Origin: a virus
UHGV virus genome: UHGV-0116669
Strand: one strand, 5' to 3'
DNA length: 45,689 nt
Position numbers and translations under genes: made by a program. Below are positions 17,827-29,607 of this stretch, in pieces. Under the pieces are notes generated by a model that was given only the letters and a program-made list of their open reading frames with translations, did not search any database and was not told the DNA's origin. Within the stretch, counting starts at the first letter, position 1. Every line of letters starts with the position of its first letter.

Positions 17827-17970
17827 ATGCGCACTGCTGGAACTCTGACGGCGGAAATTACGTTTCGCCCATACATGAAGCCGCTGCTCATCCTTTCAGT
17901 GCTTTTGCGCTGGGGCTGGCTCACTAAGAAGTGTATCCGGGTTGGCCCTGTAATTGAGAAGAAGGCGTGA
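17827..17970 (+). CDS. small ORF (47 aa) with a hydrophobic segment (uncertain)
   Basis: GAGGT SD 7 nt upstream; hand translation MRTAGTLTAEITFRPYMKPLLILSVLLRWGWLTKKCIRVGPVIEKKA. Confidence 0.2.
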   Translation: MRTAGTLTAEITFRPYMKPLLILSVLLRWGWLTKKCIRVGPVIEKKA

Positions 17971-18091
17971 TTATAAAGTTCTGCAAATGGCGTATTAATA
18001 TCGCCATTGACAGAGTTTTATATAAGTTTGTTGATGCATCGGTGTCGAAATTACCGAGCAAGTATCTTCGGTACCTAGAGGATTGTTCTGC

Positions 18092-18727
18092 ATGACTGAA
18101 AATGACAATCGCAGACCATGCCCTCCCGTCAACTTCACTGGCGAAAACTGGCTGCCATACACCCGGCTGATCCCTGCTACCGAAATCGGCGAATGGGTAA
18201 ATCAGAACATCCTCACCGAAGACGGCCGAATCCATAACCCTGACCATGCGCACTTGGTCGATGCTGATGTGGCATTCATGTGGGCCTCTGGCTCATTCGC
18301 CAAAAGCGGGCGCATTGTGCTGGGTCAGTGTGAGCAGGTAATGATGCGCGCTGGCGGCTGGCAGAAGTCCCGCATGGAGCAGCAGATGCATGAATGGTTC
18401 GGTCGCATACCGAAGTACATCATCACCCTGGCTGCTGACTACTGCGAGCAATGCAACGATCTGGAGTTCTGCGCACTGGTAGAGCATGAGCTTTACCACA
18501 TCGCCCAGGCTACCGATGACTATGGCGCGCCGAAATTCAACAAAGAGGCCGGTATGCCGGTGCTCAAACTTCGCGGCCATGACGTCGAGGAATTCGTCGG
18601 AGTGGTCCGGCGTTATGGCGCCAGTAAAGACGTGCAGGAAATGGTGGATGCGGCGAACAGGCCGGCGGAGGTTGCTCATATCGATGTTGCCAGAGCGTGC
18701 GGGACATGCATGCTGAAACTGGCGTGA
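18092..18727 (+). CDS. HExxH zinc-metallopeptidase-like protein (possibly SprT-like, with split Cys pairs)
   Basis: VEHELYHI motif; CEQC upstream of it and CGTC near the C-terminus; GAGGA RBS; lies upstream of terS. Confidence 0.45.
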   Translation: MTENDNRRPCPPVNFTGENWLPYTRLIPATEIGEWVNQNILTEDGRIHNPDHAHLVDADVAFMWASGSFAKSGRIVLGQCEQVMMRAGGWQKSRMEQQMHEWFGRIPKYIITLAADYCEQCNDLEFCALVEHELYHIAQATDDYGAPKFNKEAGMPVLKLRGHDVEEFVGVVRRYGASKDVQEMVDAANRPAEVAHIDVARACGTCMLKLA

Positions 18728-18757
18728 TTTTATACTGCTTTATACGGACGGTGATTT

Positions 18758-19243
18758 ATGGCTGCACTAAAACCAGAAGTGAGAGCCTTTATCGTTCAAG
18801 AGCTCGCTTGCTTTGATACGCCATCCCAAATCGTCGAGTCCGTACAAAAAGAATTCAAGGTTCAGGTGACGCGCCAGCAGGTGGCATCTCATGACCCGAC
18901 AAAGGTGGCAGGGAAAGGTTTGGCTCAAAAATGGGTCGACCTCTTCAACCGCACCCGAGACCGCTTCCTCAACGAAATATCCGACATCCCGATCGCCAAC
19001 AAGGCCTATCGCCTGCGCGTCCTGCAGCGAATGTCTACGACTGCCGAAGGTATGAAAAACCTCGGCATGACAGCTCAGTTACTGGAGCAGGCGGCAAAAG
19101 AGGTTGGCGATGCCTACAGCAACAAGCAAAAGGTGGAGCTAACCGGCAAAGACGGCGGCCCGCTGAATCAGGTGACGTACACCGCTGAAGACTATGCGAA
19201 GGCCCAGCAGAAGCTGGAGGGAAGGTTAGAAGGGCTGGACTGA
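18758..19243 (+). CDS. terminase small subunit (Sf6 gp1-like)
   Basis: Position immediately upstream of TerL; ...VELTGKDGGPLNQV resembles the Sf6-type TerS C-terminus. Confidence 0.6.
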   Translation: MAALKPEVRAFIVQELACFDTPSQIVESVQKEFKVQVTRQQVASHDPTKVAGKGLAQKWVDLFNRTRDRFLNEISDIPIANKAYRLRVLQRMSTTAEGMKNLGMTAQLLEQAAKEVGDAYSNKQKVELTGKDGGPLNQVTYTAEDYAKAQQKLEGRLEGLD

Positions 19244-19244
19244 T

Positions 19245-20921
19245 ATGAGCGGAATTATCGAATGGGATGACCTGTCATTCCCGGAGCGCGTGATCATCCG
19301 TTCAAAGTCCACGAAGTCATTCCTGAACTTCACCCGGATATGGTTCGAGCTGATTCAGGGCGACCGGCTGCTGGTTAACTGGCATCACCGCCTGATGGCT
19401 TCGAAAATTGATGATCTGCTTGCCGGGCGCCTTGTCCCGCGAAACCTGATTATCAACATCCCGCCCGGCGGTACAAAAACAGAGTTCTTCTCCATCCACT
19501 TCCCGGCGTATGTCAACGCCCTGGTGCAGGAGAAGCGGCTTAAACGCTTTCGCAACCTGAATATCTCTTTTGCTGACACGCTGGTAAAGCGTAACAGCCG
19601 GCGCACCCGCGACATTATCGCCAGCCGTGAATATCAGGAGTTCTGGCCCTGCTCGTTTGGTGTCAACCAGGCGGAAGAGTGGGAGATAAAGGACGAGCGA
19701 GGGCGCTCTATAGGGCAGACGGTATCGCGCTCAAGCAACGGGCAGATCACTGGTGGTCGTGGTGGCTACTACGGACCAGAGTTCTCCGGCATGGTGATGC
19801 TGGACGACTACAACAAGCCGGTGGACATGCTCAGCGAGTCCCGACGCAAAAGCGCGAATACGCTGCTGGTAAACACCATTCGATCACGCCGCGGCGATAA
19901 GTCGAAAGAGCACCCGACGCCATTTGTAAGCATTCAGCAGCGCCTGCACACCGACGATGCAACGGGCTTCATGCTTGCCGGCGGAATGGGCGTGCCGTTT
20001 CACCATGTCGCCATACCAGCCATGATCGACGAGAAGTACATCCAGTCGCTCGATGAGCCATGGCGTTCGCTTTGCTGGGAAACGGTCAAAGATACCGATT
20101 CTGTGGTCGTTGGTGGCGTTCGCTACTGGTCCTACTGGCCGCAGATGGAAGACGTTAACGACCTCCTGCAGCTGTGGGAAAAGGATCGCTATACCTTCCT
20201 GTCGCAATACCAGCAAAACCCGATGGCGCTGACTGGCGGGATCATCGACACCAGCTGGTTCAGAACGTACACCACCCTGCCGAAGCTTACGCACCGCGCC
20301 GTGTATGTCGATACGAACAGCGGGAAGGTAGAGGACTGGCTGGATTACACCGTGTTTACGCTGGCTGGCATGGGCGTGGACGGGAATCTGTACATCATCG
20401 ACGTCGTTCGCGGCCGGTGGGACCCGGAAGACCTCCTGAAGAAAGCAGAAGAGGTTTGGGAAAAGTGGCGCCTGTCTGGCTCCATGCGGGTTATGCCGCT
20501 GCGTCATATGGCCATTGAAGAGAAGCAGGCCGGACAGGGCCTTATTACCACCCTGAAAAAACGTAGTCAGACCCCAGGACAACTCGCCATCCCGGTGAGG
20601 GAAATCCCGCGCGGAACCGGACAGAACAAGCTCGTTCGCTGCCTTAACGTCATCCCCCAAATCAAAACAGGGAAAGTGTTCGTCCCCGCAACGCACACCG
20701 ACGACGGACAGAAGCTTTCCAGCATTTTCTACGAGGACGGCACGATCGCAGGCTCAACGGAGTGGGTGCTGACGGCGATGACGGAATGCGCTGCTTTCTC
20801 CGCTGATGACAGTCACGACAACGACGACATCCTCGATACCTGGATGGACGCAATCGACGACAACCTGATTTCCGGCCCGCAGCCGATGGTTATCGACCCG
20901 AATCAACTCAGGAGAATTTAA
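19245..20921 (+). CDS. terminase large subunit
   Basis: 558 aa with N-terminal ATPase and C-terminal nuclease architecture; size and position. Confidence 0.85.
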   Translation: MSGIIEWDDLSFPERVIIRSKSTKSFLNFTRIWFELIQGDRLLVNWHHRLMASKIDDLLAGRLVPRNLIINIPPGGTKTEFFSIHFPAYVNALVQEKRLKRFRNLNISFADTLVKRNSRRTRDIIASREYQEFWPCSFGVNQAEEWEIKDERGRSIGQTVSRSSNGQITGGRGGYYGPEFSGMVMLDDYNKPVDMLSESRRKSANTLLVNTIRSRRGDKSKEHPTPFVSIQQRLHTDDATGFMLAGGMGVPFHHVAIPAMIDEKYIQSLDEPWRSLCWETVKDTDSVVVGGVRYWSYWPQMEDVNDLLQLWEKDRYTFLSQYQQNPMALTGGIIDTSWFRTYTTLPKLTHRAVYVDTNSGKVEDWLDYTVFTLAGMGVDGNLYIIDVVRGRWDPEDLLKKAEEVWEKWRLSGSMRVMPLRHMAIEEKQAGQGLITTLKKRSQTPGQLAIPVREIPRGTGQNKLVRCLNVIPQIKTGKVFVPATHTDDGQKLSSIFYEDGTIAGSTEWVLTAMTECAAFSADDSHDNDDILDTWMDAIDDNLISGPQPMVIDPNQLRRI

Positions 20922-22442
20922 GTGTGGTGGTTTAAAAAGAAAGAAGTCGCCGCGCCTGAGCCGGCAAAAGAACCTGAAGCGCTGAAGGTCGGGATCAGGC
21001 CCGAGGCCGTGGCCGAAGTCCGCGCATTACCGAAAAGAGAGTTTCAACGCTACGAACCGCCGAAAGGGGTGATCCCCGAGGCTATCAAAAGCGCCATTCT
21101 GGCAATGGACTCCACGCCTTACGATGATCTCAATGCTGCATATGGCGGTTACAGCTACGGCGACTTTGATAGCTTTCCCGGCTACCCGTATCTGGCCACG
21201 CTGGCGCAGAAGCCTGAATATCGCAAGATGGTAGGCACCATCGCGGAGGAAATGACCCGCAAATGGATAAAGCTCAAAACTGTCGGCGATGAAGACAAGG
21301 CGGATCGGGTAAAACAGCTCGAAGAGGCCATGAAGCGGTTTAAGGTGCGCGAGCGCTTTAAAGAAGCCGCAGAACACGACGGCTACTTTGGCGGTGGCCA
21401 GATTTACATTGACGTTCGTTCGCCGCGGGGAATCTCCGCATGGATGGACGACAACGAGCTGCAATCGAAGCTCTTCATGAGCGACAAGAAGATCACGAAA
21501 GGCAGCCTGCAGGGGTTCAGGGTCATCGAGCCCATCTGGACCTATCCGGGGATTTATAACTCCGACAACCCGCTGAGCCCGGATTTCTACAAGCCGACGC
21601 AGTGGTTTGTCATGGGACGGACCGTACATGCAAGCCGGATGATTGATTTCGTCTCGCGGCAGGTCCCTGATCTGCTGAAAGCATCGTATAACTTCCGCGG
21701 CCTGTCTCTCTCGCAGATTGCCGAGCCATACGTCAATAACTGGCTTCGCACCCGCGACAGCGTCAGCGACATGATTCACTCGTTCTCTGTTCCGGTAATC
21801 GGAACAAATATGAGCACGATTCTGCAGGGCGGGGCGGCAGATGGCCTTCTGGCAAGGCTTGATGTCTTCAACCGATGCCGTGATAACCGTGGCGCATTCG
21901 CTAAAGACAACAACCCTACCCAGCCAGAAACGGTTGAGTTCGTTAACGCCCCGCTTAACGGTCTGGATGCCCTGCAGGCACAATCGCAGGAGCACATGTC
22001 AGCGGTTTCGAGCATCCCGCTCGTCAAACTGCTGGGCATCACTCCAAATGGCCTTAACGCAACGTCTGACGGCGAAATCCGCGTTTTCTACGACTACATT
22101 CACGCTCTGCAGCAGTCTGTTTTTAAAGACAACCTGAAGCGTGTGATGGACATCATTCAGCTCTCTGAGTTCGGGGACATTGACGACGGCATAACCTTCG
22201 ACTTTGAGCCGCTGTACGAAATGAGCGCTAAAGAGCGGGCGGAAATTCGCAAAGTAGACGCTGACACGGACGCTGTCTATGTGGCCGCCAGCGTTCTCTC
22301 TGGCAACGAAGTCCGCGAAAAAATCGCCGGTGACCCGGACTCGCCCTATCACTCTCTGGACCTGAATGATGACCTCGAAATCGAAGACGACTACGACGAA
22401 GAGGAAGAAACAGACCCTGACGATAAGGGCGGTTCATCCTAA
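20922..22442 (+). CDS. portal protein
   Basis: 506 aa directly after TerL; GTG start; strongly acidic C-terminus typical of portals. Confidence 0.75.
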   Translation: MWWFKKKEVAAPEPAKEPEALKVGIRPEAVAEVRALPKREFQRYEPPKGVIPEAIKSAILAMDSTPYDDLNAAYGGYSYGDFDSFPGYPYLATLAQKPEYRKMVGTIAEEMTRKWIKLKTVGDEDKADRVKQLEEAMKRFKVRERFKEAAEHDGYFGGGQIYIDVRSPRGISAWMDDNELQSKLFMSDKKITKGSLQGFRVIEPIWTYPGIYNSDNPLSPDFYKPTQWFVMGRTVHASRMIDFVSRQVPDLLKASYNFRGLSLSQIAEPYVNNWLRTRDSVSDMIHSFSVPVIGTNMSTILQGGAADGLLARLDVFNRCRDNRGAFAKDNNPTQPETVEFVNAPLNGLDALQAQSQEHMSAVSSIPLVKLLGITPNGLNATSDGEIRVFYDYIHALQQSVFKDNLKRVMDIIQLSEFGDIDDGITFDFEPLYEMSAKERAEIRKVDADTDAVYVAASVLSGNEVREKIAGDPDSPYHSLDLNDDLEIEDDYDEEEETDPDDKGGSS

Positions 22443-23193
22443 CGCTGGCGTCGAAGCATGGTACCGCCGACAGCTTGATAAGCAGGTGCAGGAAATGCAG
22501 GCATCTGTTGTCTACTGGCTGTCTGCAAACTATCGGGCCAGCGGCGCGGCTGTCGCCATGGATGCATCACCTGCAGTGATGATGCGTAATGCCATGCAGA
22601 AACTGGCTAAGCGCTGGACTCGGCGGTTTGATGACATGGCGCAAAAGCTGGCCGACAGGTTCGCTAACGACGCCATGAAGAACGCAGATGCGTCACTGGC
22701 CACAGCCTTCAAAGATGCGGGGTTTACTGTCGAGTTCAAGATGACCTCGCAGATGAATAACGCTCTTCAGGCGACCATCGCCGAGAATGTCGGCCTTATC
22801 CGATCCATCCCCGAGAAGTATTTCACTGAGGTGGAAGGGCTGGTTATGAGGTCGGTGGCACGTGGGCGAGACCTGTCCTATCTCACCGATGAACTCCAGA
22901 AGCGATACGGGATTACCCGGCGCCGTGCGGCGTTCATTGCCCGAGATCAGAACAACAAGGCTACCTCAGTCGTTCAGTCTGCGCGACAGCAGGCGCTCGG
23001 CATTACCCAGGGAATATGGAAGCACTCCCATGCAGGTAAAAAGCCTCGCCAGTCCCATGTAAAAGCTAATGGCACGCTGTTCGACCTCTCGGAAGGAATG
23101 CTCATTGATGGCGAGCACATCATGCCAGGCGAGTTACCAAATTGTCGTTGCACCTGGGAGGCTGTCATTCCAGGGCTTTCAAAACAGGATTGA
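22366..23193 (+). CDS. head morphogenesis protein (Mu F / SPP1 gp7 family)
   Basis: PNAGVEAWYRRQLD... and C-terminal region typical of Phage_Mu_F; 77-nt overlap with the portal gene (an in-frame alternative start at about 22495). Confidence 0.65.
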   Translation: MMTSKSKTTTTKRKKQTLTIRAVHPNAGVEAWYRRQLDKQVQEMQASVVYWLSANYRASGAAVAMDASPAVMMRNAMQKLAKRWTRRFDDMAQKLADRFANDAMKNADASLATAFKDAGFTVEFKMTSQMNNALQATIAENVGLIRSIPEKYFTEVEGLVMRSVARGRDLSYLTDELQKRYGITRRRAAFIARDQNNKATSVVQSARQQALGITQGIWKHSHAGKKPRQSHVKANGTLFDLSEGMLIDGEHIMPGELPNCRCTWEAVIPGLSKQD

Positions 23194-24366
<1,173 letters not shown>

Positions 24367-24367
24367 C

Positions 24368-24850
24368 ATGGCAGGTTTTCAGACACGAATTAACCAGTAT
24401 CCGGCCCCCGGCGTTGAAGGGGCCTTTGCTGGTACCAACCCTCACGCGACCTATCAGGCTGGAGAGGGCGCTCTGGTTGCTGGCAATGACGGCCTGACTG
24501 TCGGCCGCTTCGCCTGGGCTGTTGACGGTGTGGCTTCCAATGCCGGTAGCGGTGTTCCGTCTGGCTTTGTCCATCGTGATGGGCAGGCGTCGATCACCAT
24601 CTGGCTGGGTCAGGCATCCATGCTTATCCAGCCCGGCCGCGAAATCACCCTGATGGTTGCCGGTGACTTCTGGGCCAAAACGTCAACAGCTGCCACCCGC
24701 GGGCAGAAGGTTTTTGCATCCCTGACCACCGGTGAGGTGCAAGTCGCCGCTGCCGGCGCAACCGTGGCCGGTTTTATCGAGACCGCATTCTATGCCGCAA
24801 GCGATTGTGACGCTGGCGAGAAGGTCAAAATCAGCACCTGGAGCAAGTAA
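24368..24850 (+). CDS. head structural / decoration-like protein
   Basis: 160-aa Gly/Ala-rich protein between the scaffold and the major capsid gene. Confidence 0.4.
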   Translation: MAGFQTRINQYPAPGVEGAFAGTNPHATYQAGEGALVAGNDGLTVGRFAWAVDGVASNAGSGVPSGFVHRDGQASITIWLGQASMLIQPGREITLMVAGDFWAKTSTAATRGQKVFASLTTGEVQVAAAGATVAGFIETAFYAASDCDAGEKVKISTWSK

Positions 24851-25887
24851 TGAACGAATTTCAGCGACACTACGCCGCAGCCAGCGGGAAATATGGCATT
24901 GTGCTGCCCGGCGCGAAGGACTACCTGAAGCCGGAGTTTGCGGAGAATTTCGCGCTGGCGATGGATGCCCAGCCGCAAATGGTTACTGCGAATAACGCCG
25001 GTATCCCGGCCTACTTCACGAACTACGTCGATCCGGAACTTATCCGCGTTCTCGTAACGCCGATGAAGGCCGCAGAGATTATCGGTGAAGTGAAAAAAGG
25101 CGACTGGACGACGCTGACCTCGCAGTTCCCGATCGTCGAGTCGACTGGCGAAACCAGCGCTTACGGCGACTTCAACAACAACGGCATGACGTCCGCCAAC
25201 GTCAACTGGGTGCCGCGCCAGTCGTTCCATTATCAGACTCACACCCGCTGGGGTGAGCGCGAGCTGGACATGTACGGCGCCGGGCGTATCGGCTATGCCG
25301 CAGAGCTCAACGTGGCCTCTGCGCTTGTGCTGAACAAGTTCCAGAACAAGTCCTACTTCTACGGCATCGCCGGACTGGAAAACTATGGTCTGCTCAACGA
25401 TCCGTCTCTGAGCGCTCCGGTGACGCCGGCGGCGACTGGTTCCGGCGGTAGCGTTACCTGGGCAACTAAAGACGGGCAAGCCGTATATGACGACATCTCC
25501 GGTCGTCTCTATAAGCAGCTGGTCTCTCAGACCAAAGGCCTCGTAGAGCGTACCGATCGCATGGTGCTCGGCATGTCGCCGGAAATGGAAGTCAACCTGA
25601 CCAAGACGAACCAGTACAACGTGAACGTCACCGATCAGCTGAAGAAAAACTTCCCGAACATGCGTATCGAAACCGCTGTTGAATACAGCACCGATGCGGG
25701 CGAGCTTGTGCAGCTGATTGTTGAGCGTCTGGGTGAGCAGGACACCGCTTACGCAGCATTCACCGAGAAGATGCGCGCTCACGCTGTCGTGGTGGAAGAG
25801 TCTTCCTGGCGGCAGAAAAAATCCGGTGGCACCTGGGGTGCAATCATTCGTCAACCGCTGGGCATTGCCAGCATGATCGGGGTGTAA
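24850..25887 (+). CDS. major capsid protein
   Basis: 345 aa; position after scaffold/decoration genes; ATGA overlap. Confidence 0.6.
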   Translation: MNEFQRHYAAASGKYGIVLPGAKDYLKPEFAENFALAMDAQPQMVTANNAGIPAYFTNYVDPELIRVLVTPMKAAEIIGEVKKGDWTTLTSQFPIVESTGETSAYGDFNNNGMTSANVNWVPRQSFHYQTHTRWGERELDMYGAGRIGYAAELNVASALVLNKFQNKSYFYGIAGLENYGLLNDPSLSAPVTPAATGSGGSVTWATKDGQAVYDDISGRLYKQLVSQTKGLVERTDRMVLGMSPEMEVNLTKTNQYNVNVTDQLKKNFPNMRIETAVEYSTDAGELVQLIVERLGEQDTAYAAFTEKMRAHAVVVEESSWRQKKSGGTWGAIIRQPLGIASMIGV

Positions 25888-25888
25888 C

Positions 25889-26215
25889 ATGTCCGAAACA
25901 GTAACTGTAGGATGCAAACTGCCGAACGGCCTGATCCTGGAGCAGGGTGGGTACAAAGTGGAGCTTAACGGCTCCAACTCCTCTCTCGTTGTCGGCGGCT
26001 ACGGCCTGACCGAAAACGTGGACAAGGAAGCGTTTGAAGCATGGCTGGCAGTACATGCTGATCAGCCCTACGTTCGCAAAGAGCTGGTGTTTGCCCAGGC
26101 GAAAACCAGCAGCGCCCAGGCGAAAGCGAATGAAAACGCTTCGGAGAAAACTGGTCTGGAAGGTCTGGATCAGAACAACCCGGCTCCGGGCATTGAGAAG
26201 GCGGACAAAAAATAA
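25889..26215 (+). CDS. hypothetical head-associated protein
   Basis: 108-aa ORF. Confidence 0.4.
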   Translation: MSETVTVGCKLPNGLILEQGGYKVELNGSNSSLVVGGYGLTENVDKEAFEAWLAVHADQPYVRKELVFAQAKTSSAQAKANENASEKTGLEGLDQNNPAPGIEKADKK

Positions 26216-26658
26216 TGGCGATCGTTGTCTTTGATGTTGCCGCATTTCGTGAGCGTTATCCGGAGTTCGATGCCGTAAGTGAAACGCTGCTTAATGCGTA
26301 CTTCACGGAGGCAACGATTTACCTTGATAACACGGACCGCAGCCTGGTTGCGGATGTTGCTGTCCGCGCCGTCTTCTTGAATATGCTGGTTGCTCACATC
26401 GCGGCTTTGAATTCAGGCGTAAACGGCGAGAAGGCTTCTGGTCTGGTAGGTCGGGTGGCAAGCGCATCGGAGGGGTCTGTATCGGTTTCGACTGATGCGG
26501 GGCCTTCCAGCGCGTCATCGTGGTGGTATCTACAGACGCCATACGGTGCAGCTTACTGGCAAGCTACGGCCCCTTATCGCACTGTGCGATATGTCCCTGG
26601 GTCCTCTCCTTCGATGTACCCTGGCCATTATAACCGCCGCTCTTTCATCCGGAGGTAG
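26215..26658 (+). CDS. head-tail connector/adaptor-like protein (DUF4054-like)
   Basis: Position and size; coupled start. Confidence 0.4.
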   Translation: MAIVVFDVAAFRERYPEFDAVSETLLNAYFTEATIYLDNTDRSLVADVAVRAVFLNMLVAHIAALNSGVNGEKASGLVGRVASASEGSVSVSTDAGPSSASSWWYLQTPYGAAYWQATAPYRTVRYVPGSSPSMYPGHYNRRSFIRR

Positions 26659-26660
26659 CT

Positions 26661-27224
26661 ATGGATGGAATGTCAGGCGGCGATAAGCTGATGGAGCACC
26701 TGCAGTCGATCGCAAAGGGGCTGTCCTCTGGCGATGATTTGAAGGTTGGTTTCCTTGAAGGGTCCAAATACCCCGACGGGACGCCGGTAGCACTTGTGGC
26801 AGCCACCAACGAATTTGGCGGCACTGTAAAAATCCCGGCGCATACCAGGGATTTGAACTTTTACGTTCGCCGTGACGGCGTTTCTCGCTTCGCTAAGCCA
26901 TCAAAGGCCAATTTCGCGCAGTCAGTAATGATACCCGAGCATATCGTTACGATCCCATCCCGACCGTACTTCAGGAAGACCATTTCTGAACATGGTCCGG
27001 AGTGGGGCGGAGAGCTCGGGAAGCTCATGAAGGCAAACGATTTTGACGCCCGCAAAAGCCTGGCGCTGATGGGGGAGCGGATCAAGGGGCAGATTCAGTC
27101 GTCAATCATCGCCTTTTCTGAGCCGCCGAACGCAAAAAGCACGGTCGACAAAAAAGGGTTTAATGACCCGTTAATCGACTCGGCCCACATGCTGAACTCG
27201 GTCGACTACGAGGTGAAAGAGTGA
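26661..27224 (+). CDS. hypothetical neck/tail protein
   Basis: 187-aa ORF. Confidence 0.4.
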   Translation: MDGMSGGDKLMEHLQSIAKGLSSGDDLKVGFLEGSKYPDGTPVALVAATNEFGGTVKIPAHTRDLNFYVRRDGVSRFAKPSKANFAQSVMIPEHIVTIPSRPYFRKTISEHGPEWGGELGKLMKANDFDARKSLALMGERIKGQIQSSIIAFSEPPNAKSTVDKKGFNDPLIDSAHMLNSVDYEVKE

Positions 27225-27589
27225 ATCTTCATTCCATAGTGCGAAGCGCCATTAGCGCGGTTAATCCTCGCGTCGAGGCGCAGATTTACCGCTCGATCGG
27301 ACCAATCAAAAACCCGGATTACTCGACCTCTCCAGGTTTCGCGCCGCCGGTAACGATGATGGTGCAAAAGCAGGCGCTGAGTCAGGCTGATATCAGGCAC
27401 ATGGATAACATGAACATCCAGGGGGTGCTGGTCAGTATCTGGACGGATGGCAACTGGTGCGGGATTAACAGGGAACGGCAGCAGGGCGGCGATAAGTTCG
27501 TTATCGGCAATGAAACGTGGCTGGTTGTGGATGTGCCTGAAATCTGGCCAGACTGGACGAGGGTTATCGCATGTCAACAATTGACGTAG
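27221..27589 (+). CDS. hypothetical tail completion-like protein
   Basis: 122-aa ORF, coupled. Confidence 0.4.
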   Translation: MNLHSIVRSAISAVNPRVEAQIYRSIGPIKNPDYSTSPGFAPPVTMMVQKQALSQADIRHMDNMNIQGVLVSIWTDGNWCGINRERQQGGDKFVIGNETWLVVDVPEIWPDWTRVIACQQLT

Positions 27590-28122
27590 GCCTGCAGGTC
27601 ACTGAAAGCGATCTGTTTAAGGCGACTGGCGATTTCCTTTCTGTCCTCTTCCCGGATTCAGAGATCACGCAGACTCAGCAAAATCAGACCCCCATGCCGA
27701 AAGGCGGTTTCATTACTATGACGCCGCTTTTTCTGACTGACCTCTCAACCAGTGCTGTCAATTACGAGTATGACGGCGTTAGCGATTACGGGCGGGCAGA
27801 ACTTCGCCGCGTTGATGAATGGCAATGTCAGCTCGATTTCTACGGAGATCAGGCGCAAAACAATGCCAGCATCTTTTCGCGCATTGCCCGCTCCGAATTC
27901 GCATGCACCTGGTTCAGGGAAAACGCGAATGTCCTGGTACCGCTTTATTCCGGCCCCCCACGGCAAACCTCGATGATCAACGGCGAGAAACAGTGGGAAT
28001 CCCGCTGGACGCTTGAATTCCATGCAAACCCGCTGATTGTCGTCAGCGTTCCTCAGCAGTTTATGACAGGCGCAGATGTGATATCGCAGCCGGTCGACGT
28101 GAGATTTCCTCCGGAGAAATAA
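27571..28122 (+). CDS. hypothetical tail protein
   Basis: 183-aa ORF immediately upstream of the sheath gene. Confidence 0.4.
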   Translation: MSTIDVGLQVTESDLFKATGDFLSVLFPDSEITQTQQNQTPMPKGGFITMTPLFLTDLSTSAVNYEYDGVSDYGRAELRRVDEWQCQLDFYGDQAQNNASIFSRIARSEFACTWFRENANVLVPLYSGPPRQTSMINGEKQWESRWTLEFHANPLIVVSVPQQFMTGADVISQPVDVRFPPEK

Positions 28123-28125
28123 TAA

Positions 28126-29607
28126 ATGGCAATTTCGCTATCAAAAATCGCCCAGATGCTTCCCGGCGTACTGAAGGCGACAGGGACAGCTATTGATCTC
28201 AATGGCCTGTTCCTGACCGACAGCGCATACGCGCCGGTTGGTGCAGTACCCTCATTTTCCAGTGCGGATGAGGTAAAGGCGTACTTCGGCAGCGCGTCGA
28301 TTGAGTACACCGCCGCGGTGCTGTATTTCGCCGCATTCACCGGTAAAACACAGATGCCTGGCAAGCTGTATTTTAGCCGATTCAATACTGCAGCAGTGGC
28401 GGCATTCCTTCGTTCCGGATCGCACGCTGCGACCACGCTGGCACAGCTCAAGTTGCTTTCGGGTACGCTAACTCTGACCGTTGACGGTACGGAGGAGACT
28501 TCTGCGGCTATCAACCTAAGCGGAGCCACCAGTTTTGATAACGCGGCAGAGCTGATTGAAACCGGCATTGGCTCCTCGGTTGTAGTGACCTGGGATAGCG
28601 TGCTGAAGAAATTCATCATCACCTCTGCCACCACAGGCGTGGATAGCACCATTACCTTTGCCGATGAAGGTACGCTTGCTACGGGTCTGAAACTGACCGA
28701 AGCGACCGGCGCGGTGATCTCTCAGGGTGCGGCGCAGGCAGTGATTGACGATATCTTTACTGCCATTCTGGCCAAAGAGCAGGACTGGGTAACATTCTCC
28801 ACGACGTTCGCTGTCACCAAAGACCAGGCTAATGCGTTTGCGCTCTGGGCAAACAGCCAGAACCACCGCTTTGCCTATGTCCCATGGGACGCATCAGGAA
28901 CGGCAATCGTGGCGGGCAGCTCGAATGCACTGGTGTACGACATCATCAACACCTACGCCTATAACGACATCTGCCCGGTGTATGGTTATCCGAACCACGC
29001 AGCAAACGCTATGGGGTTTGTGGCTGCGCTGAACTTCACGCAGGCCAATGGGCGCTGTTCTCTGAATGGTCGTCAGGTGTCCGGCCTGCTGCCGATGATC
29101 AGCAACGATACTGATTACGAGGCGGCTAAGGCCAACGGCTATAACTTCTACGGCAACTATGCCTCGAATGCGGTCGAAACCAACCAGTGGGCGCCTGGCT
29201 CTATTACCGGTGATTATGGGTGGCTTGACGCCTGGGCTGGTCAGGTATGGGTAAATGCTCAGCTTCAGGCGGCTCTCGTTGCGCTGTTCCAGCAGGCGAG
29301 CAATCTGCCTTACGCAGCAGCCGGGAAAGCTCGTATTGAGTCGTGCATGAAGCCGACCATTGAGCAATTCAGGGCATGGGGTGGCATGACGGCGGGAACC
29401 GATCTTGACCAGTCGCAGATCGACCAGATTAACGCCATCGCTGGCGTCGATGTTACGGATTCGCTTATGGCTGAAGGGTATTACGTCTACATCGGCCCGT
29501 TCACCCCGGCAATGCGCGCCGCGCGTACCAAGCCAACGGTTTACTTCTGGTACACCGACGGCGGGATCATCCAGGGTATCACCGTTAACAGCGTGGAGGT
29601 GCAGTAA
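28126..29607 (+). CDS. contractile tail sheath protein (DUF3383-like)
   Basis: 493 aa, directly followed by a small tube-like protein; Mu-like tail gene order. Confidence 0.6.
   Translation: MAISLSKIAQMLPGVLKATGTAIDLNGLFLTDSAYAPVGAVPSFSSADEVKAYFGSASIEYTAAVLYFAAFTGKTQMPGKLYFSRFNTAAVAAFLRSGSHAATTLAQLKLLSGTLTLTVDGTEETSAAINLSGATSFDNAAELIETGIGSSVVVTWDSVLKKFIITSATTGVDSTITFADEGTLATGLKLTEATGAVISQGAAQAVIDDIFTAILAKEQDWVTFSTTFAVTKDQANAFALWANSQNHRFAYVPWDASGTAIVAGSSNALVYDIINTYAYNDICPVYGYPNHAANAMGFVAALNFTQANGRCSLNGRQVSGLLPMISNDTDYEAAKANGYNFYGNYASNAVETNQWAPGSITGDYGWLDAWAGQVWVNAQLQAALVALFQQASNLPYAAAGKARIESCMKPTIEQFRAWGGMTAGTDLDQSQIDQINAIAGVDVTDSLMAEGYYVYIGPFTPAMRAARTKPTVYFWYTDGGIIQGITVNSVEVQ

Noticed and set aside
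19884-20696. Long minus-strand ORFs inside plus-strand late genes (19884-20696, 21027-21995, 21999-22352, 24790-25977, 28053-28652, 36912-37481, 37891-38223)
   Set aside because: They lie antisense to well-supported terminase, portal, capsid, sheath and baseplate genes in GC-rich DNA. They have no RBS and no family resemblance. They are typical shadow ORFs.
22366-22495. Alternative shorter start (about 22495) for the MuF-like gene to avoid the 77-nt overlap with the portal
   Set aside because: This cannot be decided from the sequence alone. The long form is retained with reduced confidence, because the Lys-rich N-terminus could be genuine.
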